This document shows positions 26,454-35,613 of a DNA stretch of 64,000 nt, piece by piece. How positions within the stretch are numbered: position 1 is the first letter of the stretch; every line of letters begins with the position of its first letter. Source of the stretch: Selaginella moellendorffii (lineage: Eukaryota > Plantae > Lycopodiophyta); assembly GCF_000143415.4 (NCBI RefSeq), contig NW_003314279.1, forward strand, positions 124,001 to 188,000. The letters run 5' to 3'. The notes under the pieces were generated by a model that did not search any database, was not told where the DNA came from, and saw only the letters and a program-made list of their open reading frames with translations. Position numbers and translations under genes: made by a program.

Positions 26454-26975
26454 TTACTCTTTACTGTAGGTTGGTGATGGTGGCGGTGGAGATTGGTACC
26501 AGTAGAGTGGTGGCGATGGTGGAGGTGGGGATTTGCGGTGGTGGTGATGTGGTGGCGGGGATTTTTCGCATGGTGGTGGGGATTTGTACTCATATGGTGG
26601 TGGTGGTGGAGACTTGTAATGGTAAGGAGGTGGTGGCGATTCAACTGGCGGTGGTGGAGATTTGTGATGGTGTGGTGGCGACTCAACCGGCGGTGGTGGT
26701 GATTCAACCGGTGGTGGTGTCGGTGGTGGTGGGGATTTGTAACAGTAAGGAGGTGCATTAGGAGGGCACAAACGATTTGGAAACCACCAGGGCCTTCTCA
26801 GCCATGGCCTCCAACAGAAGAAATCGATCGTGCTCTTGGGAATTCTAAAGCCAAAGTTCTTGGCATCTCCAAAAGCCCCTGCATTTTGATCCAAAACCTC
26901 CTGAGATCCATCACAACTGACAGTAGAAACCAGGAGAAGCAGCAAAAGCATGCTGCATGACTTGAGGAAAATCAT
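26454..26975 (-). CDS. Short extensin (hydroxyproline-rich glycoprotein)
   Basis: Signal peptide, SPPPP repeats and YxY(K) cross-linking motifs (YHYK, YEYK, YCYK, YWYQ). Confidence 0.85.
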   Translation of the reverse strand: MIFLKSCSMLLLLLLVSTVSCDGSQEVLDQNAGAFGDAKNFGFRIPKSTIDFFCWRPWLRRPWWFPNRLCPPNAPPYCYKSPPPPTPPPVESPPPPVESPPHHHKSPPPPVESPPPPYHYKSPPPPPYEYKSPPPCEKSPPPHHHHRKSPPPPSPPLYWYQSPPPPSPTYSKE

Positions 26976-27149
26976 CACGTTCTCGATAGAGAACCAAGAT
27001 CACTGGAAAGAGAGACCTTTTCTGTGATGCTACAAAAATTTCCAGGTTATAAAGCCTAGCACCTTGTCTTGGAACCAACTGCTTTCAAAATAGTAATGCT
27101 TTAGAAATTGATGGCTCTGGGCTAACTAACCAGTGTTTAATGTTTAGCA

Positions 27150-27960
27150 AAAGATTTGCAACGCGCGCCCATTTTCTGATTTGATTAGCAAGGGCTCCCT
27201 GGTGGACATCTTGAGCAGAGTAGGCGATCGCGGCAGCTCGTCCAGTGCTCGCTGGTGTGCAAGTGATGGCGGGAGCTGCGCTGGGCCGTCTCTCGCCTCC
27301 ACTCTGACTTCGAGGTGAGTAGAGGGAGCTGAGGGACGCTGGACAACATTTTCCAGTGAGCATCCGGCTGCGTTCCGAGGATTTGAGCACAGCTTACTTT
27401 TACAACTCTTGTGCTGTTGACAAGCGATGCGACAATCTTCGTAAGATGGCGCTAATTGGACACTGGAAGAGGGATGCCATTGCCAAGCTCTCTCAGTTCT
27501 CACCTCTGGTCCCGATGCTCGCCCTCCACCGTTTTAACAGCGAACACAAGATGACCTCTTATCTAATTTGTTTGGCAACCTGGAGACTCTCCGGTTTTTT
27601 CCTTTTCTTTCTTGCTGATCGATCTGTGTTGCAGTCATTCGTGCCTGGAGGTGTCACCAAGCGCAAGGATGTGACTGTTCATCTCTACGTGTAAGATCCC
27701 ACACCGCCCAACGTGATGGTTCTCAAGGATTTACTTGGAGTTCATCAAGTCGAAGAGATCGTGATTCACTGCAGCCAAGCTGTGGCGAACTGGGGACTGC
27801 TGGCGCTGAAGCCAGGCTACGAATGCTTCCGGGTGCTGTTCGACTTGCTCTTTGGTCGCATTTCTTTCGCACGAGAGAAACGGCATCACTGGCTCTATTA
27901 GTGGCGATGCGTGATCTTTGTCAAGTTTTTATTGAACATCAACGTCACGACTAGCCTGGT
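27150..27960 (+). pseudogene. Degenerate F-box/LRR-like gene; pieces recur in both orientations through 33-53 kb
   Basis: SDLISKGSLVDILSRV (F-box-like) and RCDNLRKMALIGHWKRDAIAKL (LRR-like), with internal stops. Confidence 0.45.
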
Positions 27961-28007
27961 ATATTTGTAACACCTCGAGCCGCCGTTGATGCTGTAGGTG
28001 ACAACGC

Positions 28008-28342
28008 GCTCATGTCGCCATGAAGCGCCGGGCCTGCTCGAGATCCCCCGCTTTGCACAAGCCATCGATCAGAGCTGGTCGTAAGTCGCCACGTCGGGGG
28101 ATGGAGCAATCCCAGCATGGGCAATGTGAGCTACGCGGATTTTGCGCTCGCTTCCACGTCAGGGATTCTTCTCTTCCATCGCTCTTCCTCTTTCCTCGCC
28201 ATTCGTCCTCCTTGCGGCGCTCTGCGGCCTGCTTGTCGAAGTCTTTCCATCGCTGCTTGCGATGGAAATGCGAGCAGTGTGTGAGATTGGATGGATTGGA
28301 ACAAGGGATTTGCTCGATCGAGTTTGAAATATCACTTGGATG
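28008..28342. pseudogene. Chimeric fragment: P-class PPR piece joined to a stellacyanin exon1/intron1 piece (second copy at about 46957-47290)
   Basis: 28008-28100 matches PPR 54738-54828; 28100-28342 matches 25020-25310. Confidence 0.85.
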
Positions 28343-28635
28343 ACAATCAATGTTTAATTTCCCAAGGTATAATGGGAATTTGAATTCTCAGCGTTGGAAT
28401 TTTTAGGAGCGTTGGATTTGGAGCATCGCTCCACTTTGTGGAGGCATCGGCAATGCCGCAAGAGAATTTGCAAAGCTATAAGAGGTACGTTAGCTTGCTG
28501 TCGTTTGCTTCCCTCAAGATCAGACCCGAGCAGGGATTAGAAGAACGAGATGGGAAGAGGGGATTAGAGGAACGAGAAGAACAGGGACTGGGCCTGGAGC
28601 AACGGGTAGAACACGTTGAAGGCCTGTTGCAACAA

Positions 28636-28860
28636 GAAGAAGAACAGGTTGAAGGCCTCGAGGGCGATCAAGGGCTGGAAGCAAAAGGACTGGAATCTGA
28701 TGGAGCAGAAAAGCAACGAGAAGAAGAACAGGTTCAAGACCTCGAGGGCGATCAAGGGCTGGAAGCAAAAGGACTGGAATCTGATGGAGCAGAAAAGCAA
28801 CGAGAAGAAGAACAGTTCAAGACCTCGAGGGCAATCAAGGGCTGGAAGCTGATGGAGCAG
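28636..28860 (+). repeat. 84-bp tandem repeat (about 2.6 units) encoding EEEQVEGLEGDQGLEAKGLESDGAEKQR
   Basis: Direct repeats visible in the DNA and in ORF 28438-28926; the paralog near 47550-47690 has fewer units. Confidence 0.85.
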
Positions 28861-28873
28861 AGGTTCATGGCAC

Positions 28874-29055
28874 AGGAGGGTGTGTTGACATTGTCAAAAG
28901 ATACCGAGTGGAGTATCAATAGATGAAGCAATACACTTAGCAATTGTTGATCTGCTCAGATCTCCAGGAATCACGCAACAATCAGAAATAGTTTGTATAT
29001 AGAGTGTGAAAGACTCATGAATATATACTCGTTTTTTATCTTTATGGTATCAGAG
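28874..29055 (+). mobile_element. Short LTR (about 162 bp) flanked by a PPT-like tract and a tRNA-iMet PBS; second copy at 47699-47883
   Basis: aggagggtg|TGTTGACA...TATATAGAG...CTTTA|TGGTATCAGAG; the second copy ends CTTCA|TGGTATTAG. Confidence 0.6.
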
Positions 29056-30669
29056 TGCAGGTTTATGGCTTGTTATTTTTCCTTTCTTTGTTCTTGTTTC
29101 TTGCTCTTGATTGCTGATGGAGCAATTGGCAATTACCATTTGATGGCTCAAGGCGTTTTTGGTACTGGGTTGGCTCCCTAGGGTGCTCATTCTTCAGCCA
29201 TTGAGTCCACTCATAATAGCAATATTGCTACTACGATTAATCAAGAGTAGAACTGTCTAGCCATGATCAAATCAAAACTGGCAGAACATCTAGCATATGC
29301 AATGAGAGTTTAGTCTGCTGCAGAATTCTAGGAGTGCCTCCTTGTATGCTGAGGCCAAGTAACTAGTGTTGTCAACTCTTCTGCTGCCACTAAGGATCAT
29401 GGAAGTGTACAAAATAGACTGGACATTATTTTATCTGCCTCATCCATTTCATGAGCATGAGAAGCTCTATCCTATTCCATTTCTGTCTTGTGTCCCTTTT
29501 CTACCCAAAAATGGTCCCTCTTTGCAGTATAGACATGGTCAATCCTCTCCAGGATTGCTTTTGCATTCCTCCTCTGAGCATAACATGGTACCTCTACATG
29601 GCAGGCAGATGATATGAGTTTGCACTCTCGTTGCTGAATTGGAGCCATGATACCCACAAAACCTTCATGTCCACCTCGCAATGCCATTTACATCCTTCTC
29701 ACAAAGTTGCAATGGTGCCAAACTTGCAAATTCATTCAGCTTCCGCTTGAAATCAGCTTTTGTGTCCTTCGCATTTCAATGTGGTGCCTTCTTTTTAATC
29801 CCATGAATGGCCTTCCTTCAGACAGCATTAACCTGTTGTCAAATGCCTTCATCCTTCTCTTCTTCATCATTTTCATCTTCTTCTAGCAAGATATCTTCCA
29901 TTGGAGTCCTTGACACGGTTGGTTGTCACTCACTCACATGCATACGCAGCAATGGCACACTGCTGTAATAATCCACTGTCATCCCTACTTTGGAATTGGA
30001 ATGCTTCCCATCCCACTGTCCCATGCAAAGGAGCTTTCTCCCAACCATCTGGATGCTGAGGATGATGGATGCCTGGCCCCTTGACCTGACTCACCTGACT
30101 GACTCACTTGGGCTACAAGAGACGCATTGACACACTTGATCACTTATGGCACTGTAACCTCATAGCATTGCTGCTGGTTTGAGAGGAGAGGAGCCAAAGG
30201 GGCACAATCGAGGACAACAAAAACCCTAACCTGTAAGTGGATTTGAACTCAAAGTTCTTTTGGGATTTGGAGGTGACATCCAAACTCAATCCATGTTATG
30301 AAATACTATAAAAAAGATTTAAATAATGCAATGCTAAAATTATTCTCAAGGATTCTCTTAAAAAGGAATTTATATAAATATATTCCATGTTTTTGTGCCT
30401 GCCTGTATTCCCGTGTTCTCAGGGCATTTCATCACCTGCCAATTGCTGATTACAAACATTATATAGATCAAAATCAAGATTTGAAAATTATTTCATGATA
30501 GAATTTTATTTTGAATTTTATTTATCCCCAAGCCTACAAGCACAAATCACTTGCCATGTGTAGCTTTATTATATATTTACTCTTTTTTTTGGCACTTTTT
30601 TTATCCCCATAATCTTAAAAGTGTGCTAATTACATTTTGATTGCTATAAAAGTCTTGCCACGTCCGCAT

Positions 30670-33215
30670 TGCAGGAAGGGATTGGGGGGCTGAGCATGAG
30701 CCTTTCAATTATCAAGTTCACACCAGTGCAAAACTCGGCCCTAAACTACCAGGGTCTCCAATTCCGTGGCAATCTTCTCCAATTCCGTGGCAGTCTTCTC
30801 CAAATCGCTAGTGCTTGGCACTTGACTTCCCATCCCAGAATGAGACTGCTCTCTTCGGGCCATGCAGCCAGCAATGTGTTTTGTGGCTACCAATAAGCGG
30901 CCATGAAGAATTGTAGCAAGTTCCTGATGTTTGTATCTTGTTCTGGTTTACCAGATAGCCACTCCTGTGCTTTACAAAGGCCATCAGAATCGAGTTCCAG
31001 TCTCCAGCACAGGATGTCCTTGTGTGTGATATTTTATCAAATATGAGCTTAACCTCTCATCATCATTGTGTAGAGCAGAGAGTCTCGCTGCTCGCACTCG
31101 TCAAACAAGCCTTGGAATATGTTTTGATGGTGGCTTTAGAATCCTTGATACAAACCCTTTGAATCCTAATATCAAGATCAAAGAAAACAACAAGTAAAAA
31201 ACTTGAAACCTGGTTGTGTCTGGTTTGCATTATCCTGTGAGTTGTCAAGAAAGCTCAGATACTTCCCAAGGAGGCTCCCCTTCACCTCGTCAATCTGCTT
31301 AGACACTTCATGCTTGACTTGCTACTTTTTTGTTAAATCCCATCGCTTAGGAGGTAAGAATAAATCCAATCCCCCTTGTCCTTTTCACTATCACATAAAG
31401 TTGGGATACTGATCAAGAGCAAAAAACTAGTTGGCTTGGGATTTTGATCAAGCACGAAAAACAAGAGTGGCGATCTTGCTCCATGAATCCATTGGGTAAC
31501 TTCCCTTCATTTTCAGATTCTGGACGTTTAGGAATGATCCATGGATTAGAATTCACTGGGATGCCCTGATCTATACAGAGCTGGCTTGTGGACTTCTTGA
31601 AAGCTCTTGTGCTGAAGGGCTCTCCAGTTCTTGGGTGATATCGACAGTCTTAGAATGGTGGACAGAAAGCTTGTGTGCCATCAACGTGCTGAAATTGTGG
31701 CATTTTATAGATGCTTAAATGTGGCAAATAATGAAATATATATGTGTTATTTGTAAATTAGGCACCACCCACCCCTTTGGAGGTGTACCTCCCCTCAAAT
31801 TGACAATCATAAATTAATTTTATACAACGCTGATTCGCAAGAAAAATCAAGTATCTTTACATTGCTCTAGTCTATGGCTCCAATCGAATAGTTTCTTTCT
31901 TCATCTTCCAGTGCTGGATGGAAACAGAGGTCTTTGTGGAGTGGGCATGAAGGAGCGGCCGCCACTGCTGCTGCCCTCCTCTGAATAGCCGTCAGCGCCA
32001 CCGGCCTCGAGATCCACCCCCGCCCCGCCTAGCTCCGTCGCTCTCCTTCTCGCCTGCGACGCCTCCTGCCGCTGCGCGATGTACTTGCGCGTCCGGCACA
32101 CATAGACCGCAAGAACCACTAAGGCAATCGCGAAGAACAGTCCCACCACGATCCCAGCGATCGCCTCGTGCGAGAGCGTGATCGTTTCCTTGCTGGATTT
32201 GGATTGCTCCAGTAGCCACCGTCGTCCAATCGACCCAATCGCTGGCTGGATCATCCGCTGGATCGATCCAGGAGCTTCATACCCGTATTGGGTGACCTCA
32301 TAGGATGAATCTACACCGCTGCTACAACCGCCGCCTGGGATCCAGATCGCAAGCAGCAGGAATAGAGAAAGAAGAAGAAGAAGCAAGCCGCTCCTCTGGG
32401 CCTCTCCGCCAAATAGCACCATTTTCGTGATCCTGCGTGTATAGGGATGTGTTCGCTGCCAAGATATCTATTTCTCGAGCTCTCAAGTATAATGGAAGTT
32501 TGGGCGATTTTATCATTTATATAGGGAAAAGATTGACTCTCTTGACCTACAATACATACGCGGATAACGCGACTAGTTCAAAGTCTTCTTGTGAATAGCG
32601 CGTCATACGTGGACTTTCGTGGCCTTTGACGCTTGTGCTTCGCCTAGACCTTGAAGTTGACAGAACTTTTCTTATGTGAATTTCTTCTTCCTAAACCCTA
32701 AATAATCAAAGTGATTTCATGGCAAGATCGCTTGTGATCTGCAAAGAAAGAAGGAATCTTTATAGATCAGTCTTCCTTGCCTCAAAAATCCACATTGCTT
32801 GCCGTGAGCTGAGATGCATTTCGAGCAGCAGCTTAAAAGGTTTTAAGCCTTGGCGGGCGCAATTTTCATTTTAGGTTGGAGGGCAAAGCGTGGAGGTGGA
32901 TGATGACACAGAGGAGCAGGATATAATCTCCAGCATTCTCCACCGTGCCAAGTACAAGGCTCCCAGCTGCCTCAAGGAACTCACTGTTGTGCTCGAGTAT
33001 AGCAAGGATGGTGATGACCAGATGGAAGTTAGCAGTCACTGCTGTTGGCTCCCTCACAAAGCTCTCCCTCGAAGGTCTCCATGGGACCAATGGGGAGCAG
33101 CGTACTCCACCGCGATTCAAGAGCTCCACATCACTGGGAAACCATGTTGGGGGGTGTGGGATCTTGTTGGTGACACCTCCGGGCACAAATGATTTATTTG
33201 TGGGCACAAATCACT
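30670..33215. repeat. Segmental duplication block, copies at about 42890-45425 and (partial) 49515-51430
   Basis: Colinear matches including the membrane-protein gene and the MEVDD..EQDIISSILHRAKYKAPSCLKEL ORF. Confidence 0.9.
31901..32422 (-). CDS. Unknown small type-I membrane protein, copy 1 (signal peptide, RRWLL, single TM, short cytosolic tail)
   Basis: Intact 173-aa ORF with an N-terminal hydrophobic stretch and the TM LSHEAIAGIVVGLFFAIALVVLAVYVC followed by RTRK. Confidence 0.75.
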   Translation of the reverse strand: MVLFGGEAQRSGLLLLLLSLFLLLAIWIPGGGCSSGVDSSYEVTQYGYEAPGSIQRMIQPAIGSIGRRWLLEQSKSSKETITLSHEAIAGIVVGLFFAIALVVLAVYVCRTRKYIAQRQEASQARRRATELGGAGVDLEAGGADGYSEEGSSSGGRSFMPTPQRPLFPSSTGR

Positions 33216-33440
33216 GTAAGTTGTGGCGAACTGGGAACTCCTCTCACTGAAGCCACGCTACAAATGCTTCCAGAGTGCTGGTCGACTTTGGTCGCATTTC
33301 TTTTGCACGTGATAAACTGCATCACTGGCTTTATTAGTTAGCAATGCCTGAGCCTGGCAACGTATCACTTTTTGTAGTTTCTAAATCAAAGAAAACGTTG
33401 GCAAGCTTTTACCAAGTACTTCCAAGATTGTAATAGCTTC

Positions 33441-34955
33441 TGAAGAGGTGTGGATACTCCTCTTCACTGAATATCTACTGCTAGTGAGAAAACAAAAGGG
33501 GAAAGGATCTGATCTCTAGGGGTTGAGAGGGAAAGATGAGTGAATGAGTGCTGTGTATTGATATGAAAACAATGAATGGAGATAGGGATTCACAACTCGG
33601 ATTCCCCCCTATAAAAGGCTGGTAGTTCTAACTGCCAGCATATGATAACGAATGGTATATGCTGTGCATGATCAAATCCAATGTAGCCTGGTTTCAGGGT
33701 CAGAGTCCCCTGAGCCTAGGTTTTTGGTTGATGCCCTTCATTGAGCTGTGCACTTGCCTTTGCTGCACCACAAGCTCCACAACTAAGCGAACCACCTATG
33801 AACCACCTCGCATCTATTGGGAAGTGGTTCACTTGGTTGTGGAGCTCGTGGTGCATGCGTTGATCGAGGGCTTCAAACAACTTGAGGGTGTAGTAACTCG
33901 GGTCGCAGAGTTTATCTTCGTACTCCTTCCTGATCTCGTTGTAATCACAGCATACCTGACTCTGTGGCTGAGGCATGGCTACTGCTCCTGCTCCTGCTCC
34001 TGGTGTTCCTCGCTAGGGTTCGCTGTGTTCTTGGTCCTGTGATTTGAAGTTAATCTGTTCCGTTGGATGTGGGTGGCGTGGTCGGTCCCGATTCTTTGAG
34101 GTGGTTGGAGATGAGTGTTTCGGATTGATGCTGGATGAACGGCCCAGATGTGGTGCTGAAATTAATGTATCCGTTGGGGTTGAACAGCGCATGGTTGTGT
34201 GTTCTGCAAGTGATCGGCAAAGGTAGTCGATGTTTTCTTTCCTGGAGCGTATCGAGGGGGTTGGGGCGGTACAAATGACGTTCTCAGCTGGTGGAGAAAC
34301 CGAGTCCTGGGCGACCAGCTGACGTTTTCCTTTGGAGATGTTGAGTTGTTGGTGAGAAGTTGTCGGTTTTGGGGCTGATTTGAGTGGATCTGGGCGCTGG
34401 GGTGAGTGTGGAAGCTAGTGTGAGTTGTCTTCATTGTTGCTGATGACGAGGTGCTCTCGGAGCAGCAGCTTTTGAGCTGGATTCGCTGGTGTGTTGCGTG
34501 TGAGGTGGCGGCAAAGTGGAGTTGAATTGTTGAAGTGTTTGTTGCTGGAGCTGGTGTTGCTGGAGTGAGCTGAGCCTGATTGTTGAGATGCTGGCTTCAG
34601 TTTCTTGCAGGGAGTTGCTCCTTCTGATCCTGACTGATCCTCGGAGCTGTCGCTTTGTTCTTCAGAGTTTGTTTGGGTTGTCCACGGTTGCTTGTTGGGA
34701 AGAGTTTGGTGTAGAGCTACCAGCAGTGGGAACATTACTGTCCGCATGGTTTTCCTGTTGAGTGTGGCGAGGATGGTGCGGTCGAGAAGCTTGGGAAGGA
34801 GCTCGTGGAGATGATGAGCCATGTTCACAAGTTTGCCGTCGAGTAGAGCTCCGTATACCTCTGCCGTGCGCTTGCTGATGGTGCGATCCATTGGGCAAAG
34901 TTCGTAGTAGAGGAGGAGGGCTCACCAACAGCTCAACATCTCCAAAGGAAAAGAG
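33441..34955 (-). mobile_element. About 1.5-kb insertion, probably a truncated retroelement with an LTR-like end
   Basis: Absent at the homologous site near 53017 (tagcttc|tttgtgatttg). On - it carries ORFs 34891-34415 and 33976-33716, a TATA-like ttttatagg and a terminal ...CTCTTCA. Confidence 0.6.
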
Positions 34956-35613
34956 TTGTGATTTGTTTGTAAGGAAGGGCATTCTTATACACAAACTTCA
35001 CTGGATTCTTCGTCTGTACAAGTTTTTCCTGCCAAAGAAACTTCTTCCACCCTTGCAGTGCACAGAGATAGAGCAGCCGCGGCTGGAGAAGAAGCCTCAA
35101 ATTCTTTGATCATGGCCTTGACATCGTCTAGCTTTCCCGACCGGCAAACTCAGTCGAGGATGGAGCTGCAAGTGGTGGCGTCCAGCAGCATCCCCTTGGC
35201 CAGCACCACTCGCAGCAGCTCCATCGTCCCGGCCAAGTTCCCAGATCTCTGGAGACCACCGAAGCAAGCCGCGAAGGTGAACAAGTCCGGCTGGTGGCCC
35301 TTGCCGACCATCTCCTCAAGAACAGTGATCGCCTGCTTGGTCTTCCGCGACTTCCACAGCCCATCCACGAGGATGTTGTAAGTCACAGTGTCGGGACACG
35401 AGCTGGAGAGTGTCGTTGGTTCTTGAGGCCCGGCAGAGTGCGTAGACGAGTGAGCCGTAAGTGATGGAGTCGGGCACACAGCTGGAGCTCACCATCTCCT
35501 CTAGGAACTCGCAGGCCTCCTTGATCCGGCCCGACTTGCACAGGCCGTGGACAAGCGCGTTGTAAGTCACCACGTTTGGAGGAACTCCCAGATTCCCCAT
35601 GAGATCGAGGATG

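Larger units (their letters stand above)
27600..30670. repeat. Segmental duplication block, direct copy at about 46655-49495
   Basis: Colinear near-identical sequence, with paired ORFs such as 29366/48178, 30298/49084 and 28438/47287. Confidence 0.9.

Noticed and set aside
28636-28860. CRISPR-like repeat array
   Set aside because: Contiguous tandem repeats without unique spacers, in a eukaryotic context with no cas genes
28438-28926. Glu-rich ORF as a host gene
   Set aside because: GTG start, built from a tandem repeat next to LTR signals, and the frame differs in the duplicate
29400-31700. Possible DNA-transposon or transposase remnants
   Set aside because: No catalytic motif, TIR or TSD that I could identify; left as unclassified duplicated sequence
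32890-33192. Thrice-repeated MEVDD... ORF (also 45080 and 51109) as a functional gene
   Set aside because: GTG start, frames diverge between copies, and it is a junction of oppositely oriented pseudogene fragments
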